DNA from: a virus
Lineage: Duplodnaviria > Heunggongvirae > Uroviricota > Caudoviricetes
Length of the DNA stretch: 35,939 nt
Reading direction: 5' to 3' (one strand)
IMG/VR virus record: IMGVR_UViG_2627853983_000005
The notes beneath the pieces were generated by a model. It searched no databases. It was not told where the DNA came from and was given only the letters and a program-made list of their open reading frames with translations. Made by a program: the position numbers and the translations under genes. Below, one piece after another: positions 1 to 8,590 of the stretch; the first letter of the stretch is position 1, and every line of letters begins with the position of its first letter.

Positions 1-2
1 AG

Positions 3-28
3 TTCTCGTAAACCGAGGTTTTAAATAA
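3..28. promoter_or_regulatory. gix/cix/hix-like invertase crossover site (left)
   Basis: TTCTCGTAAACC-GA-GGTTTTAAATAA: two 12-bp inverted half-sites around a 2-bp core, resembling recalled gix; bases 1-19 are the reverse complement of 35921-35939. Confidence 0.6.
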
Positions 29-82
29 TGGCCGTTTCTGGCCTGCATGGCATGATTTGCGCTTTTGGACGGGAGATTCAGT

Positions 83-682
83 GTGCTGATTGGCTATGTA
101 AGGGTATCAACAAATGACCAGAATACAGACCTGCAACGAAACGCTCTTGTTTGTGCAGGATGTGAACAAATATTTGAAGATAAATTAAGCGGGACAAAGA
201 CAGACCGACCGGGATTAAAACGCGCTTTAAAGCGCCTTCAAAAAGGTGACACGCTGGTTGTCTGGAAACTGGATCGCCTCGGGCGAAGCATGAAACATCT
301 GATTTCTCTCGTCGGGGAACTACGGGAGCGAGGGATTAATTTTCGCAGTCTGACCGACAGCATAGACACATCTTCTCCAATGGGGCGTTTTTTCTTCCAC
401 GTGATGGGTGCCCTGGCTGAAATGGAACGTGAATTAATTGTTGAACGTACACTGGCCGGGCTGGCGGCAGCGCGCGCAAGGGGGCGCACAGGCGGACGTC
501 GACCGAAGCTGACAAAAGAACAGCATGAGCAAATAGCAAGGCTAATCAAAAACGGGCACGACAGAAAACAACTGGCAATAATTTACGGCATTGGCACATC
601 GACGATTTATCGTTATCACCCTGTAGGCGATATACAGACTGAAGAAACAACCGGGCAGACTCAGGAAAATGAAAACCGCTAA
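83..682 (+). CDS. Serine DNA invertase, Gin/Pin/Cin/Hin family
   Basis: Translation from GTG at 83 reads MLIGYVRVSTNDQNTDLQRNAL..., with resolvase catalytic Ser motif and C-terminal HTH; closest to recalled e14 Pin. ORF track extends to a TTG at 65. Confidence 0.9.
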   Translation: MLIGYVRVSTNDQNTDLQRNALVCAGCEQIFEDKLSGTKTDRPGLKRALKRLQKGDTLVVWKLDRLGRSMKHLISLVGELRERGINFRSLTDSIDTSSPMGRFFFHVMGALAEMERELIVERTLAGLAAARARGRTGGRRPKLTKEQHEQIARLIKNGHDRKQLAIIYGIGTSTIYRYHPVGDIQTEETTGQTQENENR

Positions 683-703
683 TCTGACCATTAGCGGTTT
701 TTG
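672..703. terminator. Bidirectional rho-independent terminator between convergent invertase and U
   Basis: Perfect 12-bp stem AAAACCGCTAAT / ATTAGCGGTTTT with 6-nt loop, flanked by A/T runs. Confidence 0.6.
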
Positions 704-710
704 TGTTAAA

Positions 711-1205
711 TCAGAACAGCCCTTTAACTGAACTGGCCGCGCTGTTAAGAGATGATGTCACCTTATCTTTGAAGCCGGACAGCATATCACTGAACGATGA
801 GGATTGCAGGCGCTCCCGCAAATCCTCATCACAGCGTTCAAGAGTCAGTGAAAATTCTATCTTTTTCGCCTTACCGTAGCGATCAAACTCGGAGCGGGTC
901 GTATTCGTTTCAGTCAGGACATACATGCCGTAAATCTGCCCGACGCCATCAATCAAAGGCCAGGGTCGTCCTGTATACGCCTGCGTGGTCAGCAGCGACA
1001 GCGACACTTCGCCACCTGTAATTTCAGGATAAAGCACACCAGAAAGAACGATGCGATCATCACCTGCACCGATATACTGCCAGCTTGCTGAACGGTTAAC
1101 GCGTTCATTTTTCACATGCCGCCAGCTTTTGTTTTGCTGTAACTGCTGATGCGGCAGCGTGCGCAGCTCAAAAACAAACATGCCGTAGATCATCATCATG
1201 GCCAT
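711..1205 (-). CDS. U: Tail protein gpU
   Basis: 164 aa, directly downstream of tape measure gene in tail operon; size and position match P2 U. Confidence 0.75.
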   Translation of the reverse strand: MAMMMIYGMFVFELRTLPHQQLQQNKSWRHVKNERVNRSASWQYIGAGDDRIVLSGVLYPEITGGEVSLSLLTTQAYTGRPWPLIDGVGQIYGMYVLTETNTTRSEFDRYGKAKKIEFSLTLERCDEDLRERLQSSSFSDMLSGFKDKVTSSLNSAASSVKGLF

Positions 1206-1211
1206 GACTCC

Positions 1212-4055
1212 TCAATCTTTATCGTAAAAACTGCCACGCCCGGCACGGGCGCGCCGTTCCATTTCTGCCCTGACCATTTCACCGACCAGTTTCGCCAGTT
1301 CGCGGGGATTCTGCGTAACAACGTTATGCAGATGAACATGAATTTCACCACCAAATCCGGAGGCAACAGGCTCCCGGTTACGGGAAGTTACAGGAACTGA
1401 TGCCACTGGAGATCGTATAGCCTCCGCCACCGGGCGGGAGCTGGCCGCAACAACAGGGACCAGCGCCGGAGGCAGCGGAGCCGGGACCACGGGTGTGATA
1501 TTAATTGCGGGGGCAGGCTTACTGACCTGCGCAATCTTCCGCTCCTGCCACTCCCCACGAACAGCAAGTGCTCGGGGCAGGTTTTTAAAGACAATATCGC
1601 CGGGGCCAATGCGTTTTTTCGTCTCCTCAACCAGCTTACCTGTGTTATCAGCAATTTTGCTGAGTCTGCGCAGCGTACCGGTATTGCTGTCTGTGAGCGG
1701 TTTATTGTCTTTGGGGTTATCACCTCCGGTGCCATTGCCATTTTCCACAGGCTTCGGCGGATTGATTTTCGCCAGGTCCCCCTGAAGCAAGGCAACCTTG
1801 TCCTGAAGAATGGCCGCACGCTGTGCGTCTTCGATTTTCTTGCGCGCCCTTTCCGCTTCATCCGGAAGCACACCAAGCTTTTCAAGTATCCACGCCAGCG
1901 TATCCAGCAACATTTTTGCAGGTGTCAGAACAAGTTGTAACGCACCGCCAAGAACGTTACCGAATATCTCGCCAGCACTGGTACATTTATCCAGAGTTTC
2001 CTTGCTGGACTCCATCGGAGACAGCAGCGATTTAAACCAGTTAAACACCTGGCTGATCCCACTCCCGATTGCGTCAAAAACAGGACCAAACCGTTCAAAG
2101 GTTTCGCGCAACGGGGTCAGCCTTTCCATAATCCCGCTGAACACCCCGGCAAAAAATGCCCTGATGGGATCCCAGTATTTCCAGATGAGAACGGCAGCTC
2201 CGGCAAGCGCAGCCACGATAAGGCCGACCGGACTGAACAACGCCCCGATAGCGCCCCCCAGTAACGAAACGGAACCCGTCACCATTCCCCATAGTGCTGG
2301 CAGGAGTCTGACAGCATTCATTGAACCGGTCAGGAGGGAAAAGCCAAGACGCAGTTTTGCCAGCGGGCCAGCAAGCACACCAATAGCCAGCGACAACGAG
2401 CCAACCGTTGCAGTCATTGCCAGCAACGCACCGCCTGCTATCAGTAGCTGGCGCGTCAGTACCGGATGGGCCTGCGCCAGCGAGGTGATTTTTTCAAGCA
2501 CCCGCGTGAGCCACTGCGTGACAGAACGCAGCGGACCGTCAACCAGATCACTGATGCGAATACGAAGACCTTCCCATGCGCTGTCGAGATTTTTCAGGTC
2601 CCCATCAAGATTATCGGCCATTACTTTTGCAACGCGATCGGCCTCTCCCCTTGCCCCCTGCAATTCTCTGGTCAGTTTTTGCAGCTCTCCTGAACCAGCC
2701 GCCGCAACAAGCGTCTGCAAACCAACGAACGCCTCTTCTCCGGCGATGTCCTTGAAGAAGGAAACCTGGTCCACCTGTCCGTATTTTTGTGTCGCCTTAT
2801 AGAGATCAAGCAGCACATCCTCCATCGGGCGCATTTTGCCTCTGGCGTCAGCAACTGACACCCCCAGCTCTTTCAGCGCATCAGCCGCAGCTTTTGGCGG
2901 TGATGCAAGGCGGGACAGACTTGCGCGCATGGCCGTACCAGCATCGCTTCCACGAAGACCATTATTGGCAAGCATCCCGGCCATGGCTGCCGCTTCTTCA
3001 AGACTGATACCAAGTTTTGCGGCAACCGGACCGGTATACTTCATGGTTTCGCCCAGCGCGCGTAAATCAGTATTGGTCCGGGTGAATGCCGCTGTCAGCG
3101 TATCGCCAACCCGGTCCATTTGATCGGCTGTCAGGTTGAACTGTGTGAGGATATTGGAGCCTATATCAGCCGTCTCGCCGAGTTCGACGCCACCTGCCAG
3201 CGCCATATTAAGAACACCGGGCAATGCGGCCTGAATGGCCTGCGGAGTAAAACCAGCCATTGCCAGAAAGCTCTGCCCACTGGCGGCATCACTCGCAGTA
3301 AACTGTGTTTCAGAGCCAAGTTTTAACGCCTGCTCACGCAGCGCCTTAAACTGCGGGCTGTTTTTGTCGATTCGCGTCAGCGCCTGAACGCGGGACATCT
3401 CTTTGCCGAACCCGATCGCGGGCTGCAAAAAACGCCCGGCAGCATAGCCGCCCGCCGCTGCCGCACCAATTGCCAGCGCACCACCTGTTTTCAGTTTTCC
3501 CGCGGTTTCCTGCGCGCGCGAATACCGCTCACGAGCCTGCGTTACACGCGCAAGCGCCTGCCGTTCGCGTTCAAGCTGGTTGTTGTATTGTTCGGTGCGT
3601 CTGATGGCCTGCTGGATGGTGTTATCGCTGCCTGTCAGGGAAATGCCGTGGCGTTTCAGTTCTCCGCCAAGCTCCCGCATTTTCTGAATTTCCCGTGTGC
3701 GCGATTCATTCAGGCGTTCAAGCCGGGTGCTTAACTGCTGCATCAGCTTTTGTTGTTTTTCGCTGAGCACTGTACCCGTGCGTTGTAACTGATTAAGGGC
3801 GTTAAGCTGGCGTCGTGCTTTCACGATACCCGCATCCGCTTTACTGACAGCGTCGCGGGCGCGCTCAAATGAACGCGCCTGACGCTCGAGATTTTTGATC
3901 GCCCCCTGCGTTCGCTGAATGGAGTCACCAAACTGCCCCATCAGGCGGCGGGCGTTTTCGGCAGGCCGGGTCAGCCTGTCAACGGCGCTGAAAGCGACCC
4001 GGATGTCAAGAGTCTTCATTATCTGCATTCCCGCTGCGAAGTGCCGCCCGCTCAC
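1212..4055 (-). CDS. T: Tail tape measure protein gpT
   Basis: 947-aa ORF, coiled-coil N-terminal half, Gly/Ala-rich hydrophobic central segment, follows E/E'. True start may be an internal Met near 4019-4028. Confidence 0.85.
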   Translation of the reverse strand: MSGRHFAAGMQIMKTLDIRVAFSAVDRLTRPAENARRLMGQFGDSIQRTQGAIKNLERQARSFERARDAVSKADAGIVKARRQLNALNQLQRTGTVLSEKQQKLMQQLSTRLERLNESRTREIQKMRELGGELKRHGISLTGSDNTIQQAIRRTEQYNNQLERERQALARVTQARERYSRAQETAGKLKTGGALAIGAAAAGGYAAGRFLQPAIGFGKEMSRVQALTRIDKNSPQFKALREQALKLGSETQFTASDAASGQSFLAMAGFTPQAIQAALPGVLNMALAGGVELGETADIGSNILTQFNLTADQMDRVGDTLTAAFTRTNTDLRALGETMKYTGPVAAKLGISLEEAAAMAGMLANNGLRGSDAGTAMRASLSRLASPPKAAADALKELGVSVADARGKMRPMEDVLLDLYKATQKYGQVDQVSFFKDIAGEEAFVGLQTLVAAAGSGELQKLTRELQGARGEADRVAKVMADNLDGDLKNLDSAWEGLRIRISDLVDGPLRSVTQWLTRVLEKITSLAQAHPVLTRQLLIAGGALLAMTATVGSLSLAIGVLAGPLAKLRLGFSLLTGSMNAVRLLPALWGMVTGSVSLLGGAIGALFSPVGLIVAALAGAAVLIWKYWDPIRAFFAGVFSGIMERLTPLRETFERFGPVFDAIGSGISQVFNWFKSLLSPMESSKETLDKCTSAGEIFGNVLGGALQLVLTPAKMLLDTLAWILEKLGVLPDEAERARKKIEDAQRAAILQDKVALLQGDLAKINPPKPVENGNGTGGDNPKDNKPLTDSNTGTLRRLSKIADNTGKLVEETKKRIGPGDIVFKNLPRALAVRGEWQERKIAQVSKPAPAINITPVVPAPLPPALVPVVAASSRPVAEAIRSPVASVPVTSRNREPVASGFGGEIHVHLHNVVTQNPRELAKLVGEMVRAEMERRARAGRGSFYDKD

Positions 4056-4274
4056 GCCAGCTAACCACTTCGCCGGGCGTCATCATGAAGATTTCGGCGG
4101 GCGACCAGTTGAAAATGGCGGCAATATCCGCCACCAGATCTTCGATGTGCTCAAAGCACACCAGGGTGATTACGCTGCCGTCTCCTGCACGCTCTTCGCG
4201 CCAGAGTCTGGCTCGCTCATAAAATTTACAGCCACAGCGCACAACTGAATAAAATCGCGTGACGACATTTTTTT
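4006..4274 (-). CDS. E' extension reached by programmed -1 frameshift (gpE+E' product)
   Basis: A AAA AAA run at 4268-4274 (minus strand) near E codon 91; the -1 frame is open from there to the stop at 4006. Confidence 0.5.
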
Positions 4275-4544
4275 AATCATCACTTCATCCAGTCGTGGCG
4301 AGGTCACGCGAGGCAACAGCGTGAACATGGTATCCGCTTTCAGATTCAGCACATCAGACAGCGACAGACCACGCAGGGATCCCGCCTGCTCAATAGCCCC
4401 GGTGATCTCCACATATGTGATTTTTTCGGCACCACGCTCAATTGGCCGGGAAAGTTTTACACCACGTTCGACAGCCATATCCTCACCTGACGTCACATCA
4501 TCCGCTACGGTGTTATTCCGGGTTTCAGTATCGATATCTTTCAT
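4170..4544 (-). CDS. E: Tail assembly chaperone gpE
   Basis: ORF starting MKDIDTETRNN between tail tube and tape measure genes; contains A7 slippery run near codon 91. Confidence 0.7.
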   Translation of the reverse strand: MKDIDTETRNNTVADDVTSGEDMAVERGVKLSRPIERGAEKITYVEITGAIEQAGSLRGLSLSDVLNLKADTMFTLLPRVTSPRLDEVMIKKMSSRDFIQLCAVAVNFMSEPDSGAKSVQETAA

Positions 4545-4599
4545 CAGTTGTCTCCTTTTCAGTCAGAGGCGACGCACTGCGCCGCCTGCATATTACTTA

Positions 4600-5112
4600 T
4601 CAGCCAAGCCCAAGCGCGGAACGAATGCGGTCAGGCACAATGTCCTTGCCGTCCTTCCGGTAGATGTGGTTCAACAGGTCGATTTCCCACAGCGGGCGAT
4701 CGTTAACGCTCAGCTTGTAGTAGGTGTTTTTGACAGCGTAAGTGTGTGATGTGGCTTCGCCCTGTTTGGCCTCCCCCATATCAATTTCCGTCACACGCCC
4801 GCGCATCTCGATTTCATACAGATCGCTTTCTGCATCGGTGTAATATTCACCCGCAAAACGCAGCAGCGTGCCGTCAATCGTGCCGCCATACTTAAGGAAC
4901 AGTGCACGAACAGCTCCCCCCATGACAAAGCTCGCATCAAGCGCGGAGTCGTCCAGACCGAGATCAATACTTACTGCTCCCATCATGCCACCACCACGAT
5001 AGCTGTCGGTTTTGCGCGTCAGTTTGGGCGGCGTGACGGATGTCACTTTACCCACTTCGTTTTCACCATCCACAAACAACGTAAAAAAGCGAAGATGTTT
5101 TGGTACAGCCAT
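4600..5112 (-). CDS. FII: Tail tube protein FII
   Basis: 170 aa, immediately downstream of sheath gene; size and position as P2 FII. Confidence 0.85.
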   Translation of the reverse strand: MAVPKHLRFFTLFVDGENEVGKVTSVTPPKLTRKTDSYRGGGMMGAVSIDLGLDDSALDASFVMGGAVRALFLKYGGTIDGTLLRFAGEYYTDAESDLYEIEMRGRVTEIDMGEAKQGEATSHTYAVKNTYYKLSVNDRPLWEIDLLNHIYRKDGKDIVPDRIRSALGLG

Positions 5113-6296
5113 CAGGCACCTCCCAGCACCGCAAATGCGGGACCAAAGAATTCATCAGTAAACGTCTGGTAAAGCTCCATGTCTTCCAGCGGGGGAACGG
5201 GCGTATATTTGTAGCGAATACGCACACGCCCCTGACGTAAATCCGTGGTGCCGTTATCCACCACGTCATACCAGCACTCCGCGCCAATCAGTTTCCCGGC
5301 AGTAACCAGCGAATCCAATTTTGCCCTGATGGCACTGATAACATCCTTCACGTTCGCAGGCGTCAGTGGACTGTCGATGGTTTCAAACTGCGCTTCCGCA
5401 ATTGAATCAGCCAGCACCTGTGCGGTTCGGGTATACACCTCAAAGATGTAGGCGTTCGTTTCCGGTGTGCGGTTGCCCCAGAAGCGGAACCCGTTACGAC
5501 GAATAATGGTCGTGATTTCTTTGTTGTTGAGGCTGTTGGCATCACTGTCTTCGGCCTGTAACGACCAGAACACATGCCTCGACATCCCCAGCACATTTTT
5601 AACCGGAACGTTGGACAGCGATTTGTGCCAGCCCTGCTCATGGTCAATGTACGCACGAAGGCCGCACGCATAAGCAGGCGCGGGGAACGTTTCGTTTTTG
5701 CCACTTTTCGGGTTGTAGGCGATGAAGTCAGGCCATAAGAGCATCACCTCACGTTCGTTGAATTTCTGGCGGTAGGTAATCGCCTCAGCCATCGTGTTAC
5801 AACCATGACATGTGGCATACACAAACGCGCGCAGTTTACCCGCAATCACGCACAGGGATTTTGTCACCGCCTCCGTGTCCAGCTCCGGCGCGGCCAGAAT
5901 ACGCGGACGGTATCCGATGCTTTCATCCTGCTCTGCAACAAGCAGCGCATACATCCCCGTATAGCTGCCGTCAGATTCAGAACCACCGATAACCAGTTGA
6001 TCCTGCGTCCTACCGCCTTCTTCTTTGTGTTCAGCCACGCGAACGACGATCACTTTTGTGCTCACCTGGTCTGCGATAGCCTTAAGCGCACGATAAAGCG
6101 TCCCCGTAGTCCCGCATTTTCCCAGCACGTCATTGACGCGGGTCAGCAGTGTGGGCTTGTTCAGCGGGAACAGCTCCGCATCCGCATCATCCGCCGTTGC
6201 CACGATACCGATAACGCTGGAATCAACATCATTAATCGCTGTTACCAGGTCGGTACTTTCCGTGACACGGGCACCATGAAAACGAGTTTCACTCAT
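5112..6296 (-). CDS. FI: Contractile tail sheath protein FI
   Basis: 394 aa with conserved sheath motifs (KLRAF, AYRQ, EQGWHK, LIRRNGFRFWGNRT, TPVPPLE) recalled from P2 FI. Confidence 0.9.
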   Translation of the reverse strand: MSETRFHGARVTESTDLVTAINDVDSSVIGIVATADDADAELFPLNKPTLLTRVNDVLGKCGTTGTLYRALKAIADQVSTKVIVVRVAEHKEEGGRTQDQLVIGGSESDGSYTGMYALLVAEQDESIGYRPRILAAPELDTEAVTKSLCVIAGKLRAFVYATCHGCNTMAEAITYRQKFNEREVMLLWPDFIAYNPKSGKNETFPAPAYACGLRAYIDHEQGWHKSLSNVPVKNVLGMSRHVFWSLQAEDSDANSLNNKEITTIIRRNGFRFWGNRTPETNAYIFEVYTRTAQVLADSIAEAQFETIDSPLTPANVKDVISAIRAKLDSLVTAGKLIGAECWYDVVDNGTTDLRQGRVRIRYKYTPVPPLEDMELYQTFTDEFFGPAFAVLGGA

Positions 6297-6453
6297 AGCT
6301 TCAGCCCCTTGTATCCGTTAAATGATTCGGCAACAATCATCACCCACCACGCGCGTAATCTCACCCCTGCGCCGTTCTCCCGCCACGGCGACAACAAAAA
6401 GCAGTAACCCCCTCCGCACGCACATGCGACCATGCCGCACAGGGAGGGAGCAG

Positions 6454-7563
6454 ATGACCGACACCACCATGCAATTGCTCAGTCAGGGCACAGACCCCGT
6501 GAAAATGCCGGATTTTGATATTCTCGCGGAGGGTAAAACGCTGTCAGGCGTGGCAGAGCGCCTGATGAGCCTGTCACTGACCGACAACCGGGGATTTGAG
6601 GCGGACCAGCTCACCATCACGCTGGATGATGCGGATGGTCAGTTGCAGCTACCGCCACGGGGCGCGCGCCTGACGGTTCTCATTGGCTGGAAAGGAGAAC
6701 CGCTGACAGAAAAAGGCACTTACATTGTTGATGAAATCGCTCACGAAGGACCGCCGGACAGGCTGACTGTTTCAGCCAGAAGCGCAGATTTTCGGGATGA
6801 ATTTAACGTTAAACGTGAGGTGTCCTGGCATGATGTGACCGTTGAGCGTGTGGTATCCGCCATCGCTCATCGGTATGGTCTGAAACCGCAAATCAGCGAA
6901 ATGCTGATGGATATCGAAATCGACCACGCCGACCAGACCGAAGAAAGCGACATGTCCTTCCTTACGCGCATGGCGGAAATGCTGGGCGCAATCACCACGG
7001 TAAAAAGCGGTAATCTGTTATTCATCATGCCCGGCGGTGGCGTGAACGCACAGGGCCAGCCGTTGCCATCGTTTGCCATCACACGCAGCAGCGGCGATCG
7101 CCATCAGTTCCGCATTGCTGACCGCGAAGCGTATACGGGGGTACGCGCTTACTGGCTTGATCTTAATTACGGGAAAAAGAAAAAAGTCAGCGTGAAACGC
7201 CGTAAACCGCCAAAACCCAAAAAGGAGAAAAGCAGCAGCCGCGAAGGTGATTATATGGAAGGCGCGGAAGGCAATGTGTTTGTGTTACGCAAGACTTATC
7301 AGAACGAGCAGGCAGCAAGACGCGCAGCGGCGGCAAAGTGGCAGCAACTACAACGCGGAGCCGCATCATTCTCCATCACGCTGGCGCGTGGACGTGCAGA
7401 ACTCTACCCCGAAATGCATGGCACGGTAACAGGATTTAAAAGCGAGATTGATAATCAGGACTGGATCATTGCAAAAGCCGAGCACACCATTGATAACAGC
7501 GGTTTTACCACGCAGCTTGAGCTTGAGGCAAAAATCCCGGAATGGATAGCGGAAACAGAGTGA
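6454..7563 (+). CDS. D: Tail/baseplate hub protein gpD (gp27/VgrG-like)
   Basis: ATG at 6454 with GGAGGGAG RBS; 369 aa; immediately upstream of ogr as in P2. ORF track start 6322 lacks an RBS. Confidence 0.85.
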   Translation: MTDTTMQLLSQGTDPVKMPDFDILAEGKTLSGVAERLMSLSLTDNRGFEADQLTITLDDADGQLQLPPRGARLTVLIGWKGEPLTEKGTYIVDEIAHEGPPDRLTVSARSADFRDEFNVKREVSWHDVTVERVVSAIAHRYGLKPQISEMLMDIEIDHADQTEESDMSFLTRMAEMLGAITTVKSGNLLFIMPGGGVNAQGQPLPSFAITRSSGDRHQFRIADREAYTGVRAYWLDLNYGKKKKVSVKRRKPPKPKKEKSSSREGDYMEGAEGNVFVLRKTYQNEQAARRAAAAKWQQLQRGAASFSITLARGRAELYPEMHGTVTGFKSEIDNQDWIIAKAEHTIDNSGFTTQLELEAKIPEWIAETE

Positions 7564-7603
7564 GCAACTTAGAATAGGCAGCACCACGTTAAGGGAGGTC
7601 GCT

Positions 7604-7864
7604 ATGTTCCGTTGTCCGCTTTGTGGCGCATCTGCCCGTATCCGCACCAGTCGTCCGGAAAATGATTCAAACACCGTGCGGCAAAAGTATTACCAGTGTA
7701 ACAATCTGGAATGCGGCGTATGCTTCTCAACACTGGAAGCTTTCCATAAATTCACATCAAAACACGCCTCCGGCGTTCACTCTTCAGAAGGTATCCCGTG
7801 GCATGATCTGCCAGCTTCACACAGGGGAAACAATCAGATGAGTTTGCCTTTATCTCAGAATTAA
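7604..7864 (+). CDS. ogr: Late gene transcriptional activator, Ogr/Delta zinc-finger family
   Basis: MFRCPLCGASARIRTS...YYQCNNLECGVCF: C-x2-C ... C-x4-C zinc finger; position after D as in P2. Confidence 0.85.
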   Translation: MFRCPLCGASARIRTSRPENDSNTVRQKYYQCNNLECGVCFSTLEAFHKFTSKHASGVHSSEGIPWHDLPASHRGNNQMSLPLSQN

Positions 7865-7952
7865 CAGGCAGAATTGCCGGAGTAACAAAAAAGCGATAGA
7901 TTACGTGCGGGTGCCTTTCGGCTGATGGTCGGAGGGAATACCCGAAGGCCAG

Positions 7953-8138
7953 ATGTGGAAAGGCCCCGAGTCAACTTTAACGTTAACCCGAGGCCCTAAC
8001 CATCTACCCTCAGCAAGTGATAGGTTAGCGCCTCCCCGAAAAAGGAGCAAGCGCTATGTCGCAAAAATCGCTTACGGCCATCACATTCTGCGTGACGGCA
8101 ATCCTCATCATCTGGATGCTGCACGGTTCGCTGTGTGA
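7953..8138 (+). CDS. mok-like overlapping reading frame of hok locus (tentative)
   Basis: 61-codon ORF starting upstream of and overlapping hok in another frame, as mok does in hok/sok loci. Confidence 0.3.
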   Translation: MWKGPESTLTLTRGPNHLPSASDRLAPPRKRSKRYVAKIAYGHHILRDGNPHHLDAARFAV

Positions 8139-8196
8139 AATACGGATGAGTTTCTGGGGAGCGGAGTTTGCGGCGTTCTTACAGTGTAAGCAGTAA
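8056..8196 (+). CDS. hok: Hok/Gef-family type I toxin (small membrane peptide)
   Basis: 46 aa MSQKSLTAITFCVTAILIIWMLHGSLCEIRMSFWGAEFAAFLQCKQ: N-terminal TM helix, SLCEIR and AAF motifs of Hok/Gef; AAGGAG RBS 8 nt upstream; below ORF-track size cut-off. Confidence 0.75.
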   Translation: MSQKSLTAITFCVTAILIIWMLHGSLCEIRMSFWGAEFAAFLQCKQ

Positions 8197-8289
8197 GGAA
8201 ACCGCGACGGGGAAGGCAACTTCCCCGTCAATCGGTTGCCAGGGTAAAGGTCGAAAAGGCACCCTATTTCCAGTTGACGTGAACAACAA

Positions 8290-8322
8290 GCCCGCAGCGT
8301 AAAAACTGCGGGTTTTCTTTTT
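8290..8322 (+). terminator. Rho-independent terminator ending hok/ogr transcript
   Basis: Stem GCCCGCAG/CTGCGGGT with 8-nt loop followed by TTTCTTTTT. Confidence 0.6.
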
Positions 8323-8356
8323 GGTTCCCTCACTCATGAGGACACCAAAAAACAAA

Positions 8357-8385
8357 GCCCACAGCATAGAAGCTGTGGGCTTTTT
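8357..8385. terminator. Second hairpin terminator, bidirectional
   Basis: 9-bp stem GCCCACAGC/GCTGTGGGC followed by TTTTT; A-run on the other side. Confidence 0.55.
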
Positions 8386-8395
8386 GCATTCAAAG

Positions 8396-8590
8396 ATGGA
8401 CGTTATATGGACACTTAAAAATAAAATCCATTTATTTTCAAATGATTAAACCTCTACTTAAAGCGCCCGCAGGCGCTTTAACGTTTCTTGCCCCTCCTGA
8501 TGATTTACTTATTTTTCAACGAATAAGCCAAAACAGGGGGAACAAATTAACACAAATTATAACTAATCGATGGACAGTTTATGGACACTT
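8396..8590. other. Putative attP region with Int arm-type direct repeats
   Basis: ATGGACGTTATATGGACACTT (8396-8416) and ATGGACAGTTTATGGACACTT (8570-8590) flank an AT-rich stretch and a GCGCC hairpin (8460-8479); lies at int 3' end where P2 attP sits. Confidence 0.4.

Noticed and set aside
1810-2802. 330-aa plus-strand ORF (and several others, e.g. 1388-1885, 2836-3123) overlapping the tape measure gene
   Set aside because: Shadow ORFs antisense to a long GC-rich gene; Ser/Pro/Ala/Arg-biased composition, no RBS, fully contained within gpT.
6322-6453. Upstream extension of gpD to the ORF-track start at 6322
   Set aside because: The extension is Pro/Arg/Thr-rich with no RBS, whereas ATG 6454 has a GGAGGGAG RBS and gives a P2-D-sized protein.
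7865-8560. tRNA gene or tRNA 3' fragment at the attachment region
   Set aside because: No cloverleaf-compatible sequence with a T-loop GTTCRANYC motif was seen; the region instead holds the hok locus, terminators and direct repeats.
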